NCBI GenBank assembly: GCA_030704615.1
Contig: CM060731.1
Location: 56,916,001 to 56,980,000 of the forward strand
Length of the DNA stretch: 64,000 nt
Direction of reading: 5' to 3'
From: Takakia lepidozioides
Lineage: Eukaryota > Plantae > Bryophyta
The notes beneath the pieces were generated by a model. That model was not told where the DNA came from, made no database searches, and worked only from the letters and a program-made list of their open reading frames with translations. Made by a program: the position numbers and the translations under genes. Shown one piece after another: positions 1 through 10,892 of this stretch. Each line of letters begins with the position of its first letter. The first letter of the stretch is position 1.

Positions 1-646
1 TCTCCTTCCTGTCTTGTTGTTGCGTATACTCTTGCGGTGTTGGAAAATGGCGAGAAGGGCAGGTAACTGAGAGGTTGCGGCTCTGGAAAACACTCTCTAG
101 GAACGTTCGAGGAAGCTTTTTGTGACCATGGCCATGAAAGCGCGAGATATAATGGGGTGTCTCCTGTTGCTGTTGGTGCTCACTGGTACGCTCCTTTCAT
201 CTCAGAAAGGATATGTAGCTCTTCAAATGAGAACGATCTAGAACTATCCCTTAACTAGTCTTGTCCGGAATAATATTTCTGATATTTCCATAAGATTTGT
301 GACTGCGAAATAACTCGTCTCCTCCGACATTCTCATTCCTGCGGGGCTCTTGAGGCGAGAGAGGGGTAGTACTGCATGCCTGGCAGTTATACAGAAGGTG
401 ATTGAGGCCAGCAATGCTAAAGTGTTCAATTACATTTGTCCGAGAATAAAAGCAATCTCCTACTGCCACAGGTCAAGGACATTGGTTATATATATATTCA
501 GTCTACATTTCAAGTGGAGCGATTCTTCTGCTGTCGGTGCTAGAAAGATGACTATGCTGATGTGTTTCACCTCTAGTTTGTGGTCTTGTTTCCCTTCAAC
601 GCAACATTGGCAAATTATCTCGTAACGCTGAGAGAGGCAGAGACTC

Positions 647-1200
647 AAATGAAATGAAATGAATGGTGCTTTATAACGTCCGCGGAAAGCTCATAGAGCT
701 TATGGGACAAAATTGAAGAAAACATGAGAGAGGAAACAAAACCAAAGCCAATCTGAATAAGAACTATTGTTCGAGAGATTGTCTAAGGGTGAAGGCCTCG
801 TGCAGGTAAGCTGCCAAGCATTTCTGATAAAAATAGTGGAAGGCTTCAGTGAGAGATTGGGTTCCACAGAATAGACAGTGGAATCTCCCACGGATCTCGT
901 AGTATAGATGGCAATAGAAGAAAGAATGAAATGTATCACTTCTGCGCTGAGGCCACTAGGAGTGTGGGACCAAAGTACAGAAGAGGGGCAGGGGAGTTAT
1001 TTCAGATCAATGTCACGGGCATTGTTCGAGCAGCTGAATTGAAAGAAGTTTGTATATTGTGGGGGTTCACAATTTTCGCTCATGAGTGGTTTTTGTTAGT
1101 GTCAAGGCCCAAACTTCTGTTTGAAAATTTGATACTTCCCCCCACGGGCATGTGCCACAAGTAGGTCAACTAGCCTTCGATAGATAAAAGAAAGGTACTA
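647..1200 (-). mobile_element. 3' end of a degraded non-LTR retrotransposon (LINE) with a short-repeat tail
   Basis: The minus strand reads ...FHSFFYCHLYYEIRGRFHCLF...QKCLAAYLHEA, a LINE ORF2 C-terminal zinc-knuckle-like region. It is followed by ATAAAGCAC-CATT-(CATTT)3 ending at 647. A paralogous fragment lies at ~63700-64000. The upstream extent is uncertain. Confidence 0.55.
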
Positions 1201-2719
1201 CTCAACGAACAAAAAGGATCATGAAGCCTGGCCTACATCGCCCCACACACTCTCAGAGCATCCGATTGAAGGATTAAGTGCCATTTGACTCTGGCTTTGC
1301 ATTGTCAGTCTGCTAATCGAGCAGAGGAGGAAAGAGTAACCCACGAAGTCACCTGGCGTCCCTTGTGCCTGGGAAACTCTTGTGTAACGGTGGTTGACAT
1401 ATGCCATTGCCTCCATATTCTACTCTAAGAAAAATTTCTATATGCTGTGTTTGGGAACTTCTGTGCAGGAATATGTGACGGCTGAAGTGTTCTCTCTGTG
1501 CAGAGGCGAGCAGGAAGTGGATGTATGTCTCAGATTTGAGCAAAGCCCAACCGAAGGAGGTGCTGAAATTTCCACCGTCATCCCTTTTGTATTAATCTAA
1601 ATGGACTACGTTTGTACTGGATAGGCTTTCCTAGATGAACTGATCCTTGTGACTTTGTAAAGGATATGGGGATCATAATCCTTGTCAGTAATGTGGACAG
1701 GTTCTGCCACTGCTCCCAAGTGATGTATTAAGCGAAAGCCCTTGTGCGAAGGTAGTTTTGGTGTCACTGGAAGGCCCCAAAAGGCCTGGTACTCTACTTC
1801 TGTATTGTCCAGCCACATGGACATTATATTCACTTCATTGTTACTTCTTGAGATGAATCTGGTAGGAATTTAACACACTTATGAAGAGAGAGAAAATCAA
1901 CCATAGTTTTGTCCCCCCAAATTTCGGTTGAGGCCTGAGAATCGTGTACCTTATCAGTCTTCCCTCAATTGTTCTGTGCATAAGAAAATAAATAATCTCA
2001 TTGGAAACACAAACTGCTACTCAATTCCCTAACCTTGAAGCTCACCCTCTGAAGGAAAGGAGTCACCTTGTGACTTGAGATACCCCCTGTTTCATCTTTT
2101 TCGCTCACATTTCTCATGACTCTGAATTTCAGCCATAGGAGGTCATGTGCCTGAGCTTTTTGGCACACTGCTACACCGACTAAGTGGTAAGTGTAATTCT
2201 GCATATATGCATAACAGATTTCAACCCTTTGGCCTGACAAAATGGCATTCTTTGTTCCAAAATTTCTTTTTAATTTTCAGAGATCGAGAACAATCACACC
2301 TGACATATTGGCTATGACTTTGCAGAGTGCAACGCAGGTTGGAATGCACCAGATCGCCCGACGCCTGCTAACTCCTGCTCGTCCAGGCTCGGAAATTCCA
2401 GCTTGTAAGTCTACTTCACCTTTTTCTAGTTTTAGGCTTCTGAAGGCATGTGTACAGAAGACTGTAGTTCTCGGAATGTTCTTCATTGCGTGAATGCATC
2501 GATGTCAAGTCCTTTAGAGCTCCTTGATTTGAACCACAAAAGACACTGCTCCCTATTGGGGAATGCAACTGCGGATGAAGACAGGAGCATCAGACAGGAG
2601 CATCAGAAGTAGCACAGCAATCAGGTTGATTGAGACCTAAAGAACTGCAAGTGAGACTTGACATGTTTGAATGAGTAAGGGCTATGAAGTGATTGCCTTA
2701 ATTACCATGTCCCTCGAGA

Positions 2720-4482
2720 TCTTTCTAAGCTCACAAGCAATAGCGCTGTCCTTGTCTTGCACTTCCTCGTTAGATTGCACGAAATAGGAGAACTTTTTCT
2801 CACAATCTCTTGGAGAGAGAAAAGAAGAAAAGTATGTCCACAGAAAGAGAATGAAGGAAGAGTGGGAGTGTTGAAGTGAAGAGCCGCAAGATTCGTGCAT
2901 TTTAATCTCGTAATCTCAATGGGGGCCTGATACCATTAATCGACCATGACTCTCACCACTTCCAAGTTTTATCCCTAATCCTCTAGTACAATGCACTCAT
3001 TATGTCCTTGTTATCTGCAGTGTGTCGGACCCCAGGTCCAGAGTGCGCTGAAGGTGCAAGTGTGAAGTGCATGCATGGGACCCTGGTGGGATGTGACTGT
3101 GACTTCATTCAGTTGTGCTACCCCCATGTTGCCGAGTGTGCTCTGTTCAATAGTACTCATGTGGTTTCTTGTGGGTTTTGAGGTAACACTTGCCAGGTAT
3201 TATAATCCTCTCTGATTGTTTAGTCTATCAGCCACATTTGCTCTCACATAGTATAGTGTGATGATGCTTATGAGAAAACATGTAAATGACTTCAAGGGAA
3301 ACTTGAACTCATTATGTTGAGTGATATTGGCGCAATGGGGCTCTGGTCGAAATTTCGACAACTGGTCTTCAGGTCTCGAAGCGATTTTGGTACTGGGCGC
3401 AGATTGAAGCGACCATACCTTCCTACAACATTATTGTACTTAAACGATTGTGGGATACCTTTCCAAATATATATCAATGGAAACCAAGCTATTGTAGCTT
3501 GAGTCCTTAGTGTTTAGGAACAATGATGCCCACTACCTTACGACAGTTGAACAATTGATGTCTGACCATACAGAGTGGGAAAGTTGATAGAGTGTAGAGC
3601 TCTTGAAAAGCTTGCACACTGGAGCCCGGTTATCCTTTTGGAGGATTTGTGCTCTCATCCAGTCTAGTCTAAAAACTCATGTGATGCTCATATCATAATT
3701 ATGAAGCATATAATCTAGGATTTCTCTAGTCTATTTAATCTTTGACCAGGTCAATGATCTAGTAGAAGATCAGGAGTTTGTCCCTTGCTCCCGTGTGTTA
3801 CCCAAGTGTGGGTTAATAGCTCCAAGAATGTTTGGGAGGGCCAGAAAAATGACTTGGTGCTGGAGCAAGCATGATTTAATTGTGTCACTTTCCCCAAGGC
3901 TATAGCCTCATGTTTTGACAGTGGATACCTTGTAACGACCAAACCTCAAACTGGCCCCCAAAGTACTCAGAAAGTTTTGGTAATAACTTGCCATCTGCTG
4001 CATGCCGAAGAATCAAATTATATGCCAAAAAATTGATGGGTTACACGAAAGAGCATAGCAGAAATTCCCCTTGTAGTCTGTAGTGAGAACGATGATGTTT
4101 TTCCCAAGCAACTTAGATCCAATATCACCATGGTTACTGTCGATGGGTAGTGTGTGGTATTTTGTCTGGCAGTAACCCATCATGCTAGGATGTCGACCAG
4201 TTGCTATTTCGTTTGCAACTCTCAAACGAGTCGGGATTGCTCGTGAAATCACATATACGATCCCTGTAAGTTCACTTATTGAGATAAACTGAAGTGACCA
4301 GATCAACCTAAAGTGGCAGATACATTTGCCCCTGATGCATTGGTGTACCCACTGATGTACTTGTCAATGCTTCATAAGGCTTTTTCAACTGTGCTATATG
4401 CAATCTCAGTGGTAGGCTGTCTGCGGTGGACATCAATCTATCTCCCCCATGAAGGTGAAATAGACAAATATCTGCTTACACT
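2720..4482. repeat. Duplicated 3' flank of the P450 genes (copy 1)
   Basis: Blocks such as CTTTCTAAGCTCACAAGCAATAGCGCTGTCCTTGTCTT (~2721) and GACTGTGACTTCATTCAGTTGTGCTACCCC (~3095) recur at ~32247 and ~32629. The region ~3600-4300 recurs inverted at ~59890-60635. Part of it may be a decayed Ty3/Gypsy pol (FFGM..ASYYQNF on the minus strand). Confidence 0.85.
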
Positions 4483-6069
4483 CTATCCACAAAAGTGATC
4501 TGGATTACGCTCTCTGATTGCTGATTGCAAGGGGTTCTTCATTTTAAGCACTATATCGAAAACTTCAGACAGGTCTACCTGCGCACCAGACTCAGCTGGG
4601 CCCCACTCAAAGTTAAGCAACAGATTGGCAAGAAATAGATTCATGTGCAGCGATGCCATATGCATTCCTGGGCAGATCCGTCTCCCCGCACCGAAGGGCA
4701 AGTACTTCAGCCTCTGATCTTCTACCATGGACTCTGAAGCTTGCAGGAATCTCTCGGGAAGAAACTCCAGTGGAGCATCCCACAATTTGGGGTCCTTGCC
4801 AATGGCTGCCAAGTGGACAAATACCACGGCTTTTGCTGGAATATCATATCCTTGCAGCTTGCTGTCCCGAGTTGTGCAACGCGGAACTCCAATAGCCGCT
4901 GGCGAGTGCAGTCTCAAGGCCTCCTTCACTACTGCCGAGAGGTATGGAAGTTTCTCCAAATCCTCCTCTCTTACGATTTTGGACTCTCCCACCACTTTCT
5001 GGATCTCCTCATAGGCTTTGGCCTGCACATGTGGATGTGCCACCAACTCCGCGAGCGCCCACTCCACTGCCTGTGCAGTTGTGTCAGTGCCCACCATCAT
5101 GAGCTCCAAAAGGGGCCAGATAATCTCCTGATCCGTGAGACTGTCTTCACTTTCGAGAGTAAGAAGGACGTCGAGAAAACTTTCAGTCAAATGAACTCCA
5201 TTCTGCAAAAACTTCCGTCGACTATGGATTGCAGGCAAGAGAAGGGTCTTTGCTCGGTCCGCTATGTCTTTGTATCGACGGTGAACCTCGTTGGAAGAAC
5301 CCAACATTCGAGCGATCGGGACGTAATCACCCACCGTCGATACCGAAGCCTGTTTGAGGTTGTCAGCGATAATTTTGTCAAGACGGACGAAATTCTCGTC
5401 CTTCAGACTCCCAGAAAACTCAAATTGACTGCCGAAGAGCACACGCATCATGATGGACAGCGTTGCAAATCGCAAACTGGAAAGTGGCTGGACCACCCCA
5501 CATGCTCCCTTGGCCTCCTCTCTAACACTTTGAAGCAGCCTCTCTGCCTGTAAACTTCGAAGTGGCTTGTAACTTACGAGCTTGGCTGGACTCAGCACCT
5601 GGGTGCTAAAGGTTTTCCTCAATTTTTGGAAATCGGGCCCATACTCGAAAGACGCCAATGTGCGATAGTTTCCACTTATCAGTTTGAAGGAGTCATATTG
5701 TGGACGGGAAGCATAAACAGAGCCCTGTGTCACTAAAGCTTCACGAGCTGCTACTTCCCCAGTGACAACAATTGTGGGGACTGCGCCCATCCAGAGGGTG
5801 TAAATCGGGCCGTATGTCTCTGCTAGCCTCTGTAAACTCTCATGCACAGCTCCTTTTGTCAACATGGTCAGGTTTCCCAGTATAGGCCATGGTCGTGGCC
5901 CGGGTGGTAGCCTCTTCTTGCTGGATAGCATGACGCTCAAGCTGAGAGGGGCAAGGACAACGGTGAGCACAATGATCATGACTAGTTGAAGAAGGTAATT
6001 GTTGGCCATGATCTGTTTCGTGACTTCCTGCTGCAGGCTAGATGTTAGAAGTGTGGACTCGTTATCCAT
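4483..6069 (-). CDS. Cytochrome P450, CYP71 clan (CYP77/CYP89-like), intronless, copy 1
   Basis: Uninterrupted ORF with a hydrophobic anchor, PPGPRPWPILGNL hinge, I-helix MVGTDTT, ExxR (EALR), PERF and heme motif PFGAGRRICPG. Start placed at the ACCATGG ATG (6069) shared with copy 2; alternatives are 6009 and 6153. Confidence 0.95.
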   Translation of the reverse strand: MDNESTLLTSSLQQEVTKQIMANNYLLQLVMIIVLTVVLAPLSLSVMLSSKKRLPPGPRPWPILGNLTMLTKGAVHESLQRLAETYGPIYTLWMGAVPTIVVTGEVAAREALVTQGSVYASRPQYDSFKLISGNYRTLASFEYGPDFQKLRKTFSTQVLSPAKLVSYKPLRSLQAERLLQSVREEAKGACGVVQPLSSLRFATLSIMMRVLFGSQFEFSGSLKDENFVRLDKIIADNLKQASVSTVGDYVPIARMLGSSNEVHRRYKDIADRAKTLLLPAIHSRRKFLQNGVHLTESFLDVLLTLESEDSLTDQEIIWPLLELMMVGTDTTAQAVEWALAELVAHPHVQAKAYEEIQKVVGESKIVREEDLEKLPYLSAVVKEALRLHSPAAIGVPRCTTRDSKLQGYDIPAKAVVFVHLAAIGKDPKLWDAPLEFLPERFLQASESMVEDQRLKYLPFGAGRRICPGMHMASLHMNLFLANLLLNFEWGPAESGAQVDLSEVFDIVLKMKNPLQSAIRERNPDHFCG

Positions 6070-6285
6070 GGTGCTCGGAGGGTAGAAAATCCCCCTACCA
6101 GGTGGCAGATAAAAATTTCGTACTTGGTTGGGTTTTCCTTGGTCAACTATCATACTACAGGCTTAGAACTTTGGACTCGTTATGCATGGTGCATGCTCGG
6201 AAATTCCCGCTACCAGGAGTTGCATATATAAGCTTTTCGTACTTGCAGGTTTGGTTTTGTCAACTATCATCCTACAGGCAGCTTG
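6055..6285. repeat. ~117-bp degenerate tandem duplication spanning the P450 start codon (also present at ~49068-49300)
   Basis: GGACTCGTTAT(C/G)CATGGTGC...TACCAGG...TTTCGTACTTG...GTCAACTATCAT occurs twice in tandem, starting near 6056 and 6173. Confidence 0.75.
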
Positions 6286-7163
6286 GAATCAGGAAGATGA
6301 GTACACTATGTGCGAAGCAGCAGAGAATGAGTTTAGAGGAGACTAGCCTCTCGATTTCCAGATCAGACTCAGCTTCTTTATAGCGATACTGAGGTTGAGC
6401 AGAGTGAAAGGAACCTCCAGGGATCCTCCTAGTGTAATCAGTAGTGCAAGGTGCATCCTATATAACGACTCTACGTCTAAGAGACCATGGTAGCTTCCCT
6501 ACAAGCCTCTTTTCCAGTGTATATATATATGACGCCAGCCGAAGCTAGCAGAGCCTCTTCCCGTCCCTCAAATGGCGAAGGGCCCTCCACTCAGGCCCTT
6601 CTCGTGCGTAAAGCAGTGCTCGAAGTGTAGCTCTAGGAATTCGTAAGGCAAAAGAAAATATAGGTTCGGCAGTTACCGAACCTGAGTAGTCGGTGCCGAT
6701 TATAACATAATAATGCTCGGACGGATGGAAAGCGGCTACCGCGGAAATAGGCCCGTTTTCTATTACCGTGGTCTGGCCGAGCCGGCCGACCTTGTGGCCG
6801 ACTATTGTCAGTGCCGGAAAATATTAAAATATTAAAAAACAAACTATTAAAAAACTATAGTCGGTGCCGACTATACACAACTTTCGCTCATCTAACTTTG
6901 TAAAGGTTGCGCACGAAGTTGGGTAAATGTAATAACATTTGTGCTTCAAACCTATGAGGTCATGTAATATCATAATAGAAAGCTCTTAAGATAAGACAAA
7001 TTTCTTTAATAGTTTTTTTTTTTAAAGAGGGACAGTGGTGTCCCAGCTTTATAGATTTGGACCCAAACGTCCCAAAAATAATAACCTCTTGGATGTTATT
7101 TTTTTCTTTTTCTTTAAGAGGGACCGGATTCTTTGGTTGAGATTTGGCTTTATCTGACATTAA

Positions 7164-7951
7164 CCCCTAAAGGACAAGCCCATTTTTGGTGGGCCTATTC
7201 CAAAACGGAACATGCCCTCATGTTTGAGGGCATATTTGACAAACATGGAGGGGATGAACCATATGAAAGTAATCCTACCTACTTCAGGAACCTACTGTAA
7301 AAATTTCAGTTAATTTCACAGTGTCATTACGAAGATTATAACCAAAATGCAAGCTGTAAACTTTTACTGTGCTCTAGTTTTGGAGTGAAAAATGGTTTGA
7401 CCAAGCAATTGGCTTGACAAAATGAATTTTCATTGATAGAGCATACCCAGATTCTAATTGCCAGGCATGTACAACACCTTGGGCCAAAATTCTAAAACCA
7501 CATGAGGGTTGCTTTGTATGGGGAAATTGGTGGGTCAAAAAGACCATCCATTACAATTGACCCCAAATCTGCCTCAAATGTGTCCAAATTTTCATCACAA
7601 GATGAATTCCTCTTGTCATATTGTTCCTTGCGTGGAAACTCTACCACAAAAAATTTGGAAGCATTCTAACCTATCTACATGCATAGATGAATTTTCTAAC
7701 CTATCTACATGCAAAATGAATTTTCCTTGGTACTGCCACGTCGGTAGGTCAAAGCTATGGAGGGCCTTGCACACTAAAAATTTTACTGACCGCAGTGCTT
7801 TTATTATTTTAGAGTGCCATAAAGACATGCAGGTGCATGACGTCACGGCGCACAACTTTCATTCAAAAAGTTTTTTCACCCAAGGTCATCCAACGATTTG
7901 CCATCGTGATCAATCCTGATTTCTTACGTGGGTCTCGTCATCCATTAGGGG
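7164..7951. mobile_element. Non-autonomous TIR element with TTAA target duplication (piggyBac-like MITE)
   Basis: TTAA (7160-7163) | CCCCTAAAGGAC ... ATCCATTAGGGG | TTAA (7952-7955). The inverted termini match at 10/12 positions and begin with CCC. Confidence 0.65.
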
Positions 7952-8889
7952 TTAAAAGTGGATAGAATAGAGGATGTCAATGTGAGCATGTGGCGCACCT
8001 TGTTCCTATCATGGCTCATTCATATCTTTTCTACTTGAGATGGTGACCCAAAAGAAAATCAAAAATACCATTGAAAAGTGATTAATGTGCCCCAAATTTA
8101 TATAGTTGGAGCAATTTTCATTAGAGGTCATCTACCTATAGCAATTGAAGGGAAAAGCAAGAGGGCCAATCTTGGCGCACAAGATATATTGCTTTTTTGG
8201 TACCTTGAACTTTAACCATTTTAACCATTTTAAAAATTAAAGATACCATTGGAAAGCTCTTTATGAGCCCCAGCATTTAGTTGGAACAATTTTCAGTAAA
8301 GTTCATCTACATAGGATAGTTTGAGCGAGGGATTAAATGGTGTATTGTGGTTCATTCTCTTTGGGTAAGCTTGTAGCCTCACACGTTCCAAAAATGGGGA
8401 TACTATCTTTTGCACCATGGGCATGCTTTTGAGCGCCACTATGGGGCACAGGCGCCGTGAAGGGTGCTTCTATCCTAGTGATATTACCAAAACGTATGAT
8501 CACTATTTGTAAGGCATCGTCAGCTTGGAGGTTGCGCCATGTAAGGCGATTAATTATACACATCGCAATTCTTGGACAGTTATTTACTATTTCTAAATGT
8601 ATTTCAAGACTCCATAGAAAAAATTATGTGACCACTAAATTCAAGTATCAAGTTGAATTTGCTGAGGCATATGCCCTTAATAATTAGATGGCACTTGAGG
8701 GACTCTGCCCCCAAAAAAAGTAGATCCAAATTCCAAAAATTGAGATAGGCTGCTTTGAATGTGAAATCTGGGGGGTGAATTGCTATGGTCACAAGGTGAT
8801 GTTTGTTTGCTAATTCAGTAAGTGCACACTACCATTACATAGTGCATTGTCCAAAAATTTGGCATTTTGATCAATTTTGAGCCCTAGAT

Positions 8890-10892
8890 GTTATTTTCAA
8901 GATTGCCCATTTGGCTTGTCATGGTTTTAGTCATGGTTAACTAGAATTACCTACTTCTAGTTAATTAGGACATTTTGGATATTTATATTTATATTTTGTG
9001 TGTTGGGACTTCATTTGGTCTCACATGCCAAGTGAGGTGTCAAACCTCACTTGGGACATGGGGATGGTTTTCCCCTTGTGAGTGTTGAGGAGGGCTCATC
9101 TTCTTGCAGTTGAGCCTCCATGAGCATCTCTCACCTCCATAGCGCTAGGTATTGAGAGGGAGTGTGTTGAGGGCTTTGTAAGGTGGATTCCCTTAGCAAG
9201 GGTGCCCTTGGCTTGACTTAGTTTATGTGATTGAGTGGATTCATGAGTGGAGTGTTTCCCTTGTGTTCACTTTCATTATCACTACAAGAAGATCATCTTA
9301 TGCTTGTGAGTGCGGAGTATAAGGATTAGTTTAGCACTTGTGTGTTGAAGAGCTTGGAAAGATAGTTCTTGTGTTGCAAGGTGTTGCATATATTGCAAAA
9401 GAAAATCTTTGTGGTGTTAGGGCTTTGAGAGATATTGCTTTGCCCTAAAGAGGAGGAGAGCTCAAAGATTGAGCTTTTGTAGATCACAAGGGTTGCAAGG
9501 AAAGGTACTTGTGGTGTTACACCTTGGTGTTAGAGAGCTCAAGAAAGAGCCTGTTGCCACAAGATTTGCAAGGATTGTAAGAGGGAAGTCTTGTGTGTGT
9601 GGAAGCATGGATTCTAGGGTTTGAGAATCATTTCTATGCATTATGGAGTCAATGGTGTGTGCCATGGCTTGAGGAGAGCAACTAAAGGATTGTTAGTGCT
9701 CATTTCACTATCAATCTAGGGTTAAGCAAGCTCAATTGTGGATGTTGTGGAAGAGAAGCCAATGAGCTACATAGGCTTGGGCTTGAAGACAACAAGGGCA
9801 AGCACTTGGAAAGCATTAGGAAGCTCAAGAGGTTTGAAATGAAGCATATGGGTGAAAATTCTATCCATGATGATGTAAAACCAAGCCTAGAGCATTGAAG
9901 AGCTTGGAGCACATGTGGGAGATCATTGGAGGTGGTCTTCATGAAGGAAAGAGCATAGAGCCCCAAGGAGCACAAACCCTAGCTTGGTAAGGCTAAACCT
10001 CAAGGAAATAGAGGGGGAAGTGGCTAAAGCCTAAGGGGAAATGGCTAAACCCTGGGGGGAATTGAACTACTCTATGAGGGGGAAATGGATATTGCCAGGG
10101 AAAATGGCTATTCCTAAGGAGAATACAATGGGAATATAAGGGAAATACGTATAGACCCAGGGAAATACTGGGAGAATACTATGGTATATTCTTAGGAATA
10201 TTCTTTGGGAACTTTGGGAACGCATTGGGAATCCATTAGGAACTTGGGAACACATTGGGAACGCATTGGGAACATGGCGACATAGGAAGAGTCCTTGGAG
10301 GACTGTTTGGGGTCCTTGGAGGACCATTGGGAGTCCTTGGAGGACTGTTTGGGGTCCTTGGAGGACCATTTGGAGTTCTTTGGAGGACTATTTGGGGTCC
10401 TTAGAGGCCAATATTTGGCGAGCTTGAGGAGTCTTTGGCGACTTGTGTGAGGGACTATTTGGGGTCCTCGAGGGCTAAGTTTTGGCAGGCTCTTGGGGCC
10501 TTGGTGTACTGTTTTGGAGTCCCATTGTGCAAGGATTGGGAGCCATAGTGAGATTGTTTGAGAGACATATTCTTGAGGGCTCCTGGAGAGTTATTTGAGA
10601 GACCCTTGAAAGGTAGTCTTGTCTATTGTTCAAGCAAGAGAGTGTGGAGATAGGGTAGTGAGATGAGGGCATGCTGGGATTAGGAATTGCTTTAGTCTCT
10701 CTTCTTTGTAGTTTTTCACCCTCTCTGTAGGCCAAAACCTTTCTGTAGGTGGAGGCAAGAGTCAGTCCGGGTTTGGGCTGGGGTGTCATTGCAGGAGCAA
10801 CACTGTGGAGTGTTTTTGGTGTGGGGGAGTTGATGTCTTGATTTTCTTGTGTTTGGATCCTCACGGTCCATTCTCTCCACGTTAGCGCTACA
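8890..10892 (-). mobile_element. Probable LTR-retrotransposon-derived sequence (LTR or UTR)
   Basis: Non-coding, purine-skewed, internally repetitive block; the minus strand begins TGTAGCG at 10892. No partner LTR, PBS or TSD found. Confidence 0.3.
10205..10475. repeat. Minisatellite tract: TTGGGAAC units, then ~21-bp G(A/G)GTCCTTGGAGGAC(TGTTT/CATT)GG units
   Basis: Tandem copies are directly visible. Confidence 0.9.

Noticed and set aside
4741-5553. 270-aa ORF antisense to P450 copy 1, and similar ones at copies 2 and 3
   Set aside because: Shadow frames of the P450 coding strand; their length is not conserved between paralogues.
6070-6153. 28-aa N-terminal extension of P450 copy 1
   Set aside because: The equivalent ATG is out of frame in copy 2 and the segment derives from the local tandem duplication. 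Not excluded, but unsupported.
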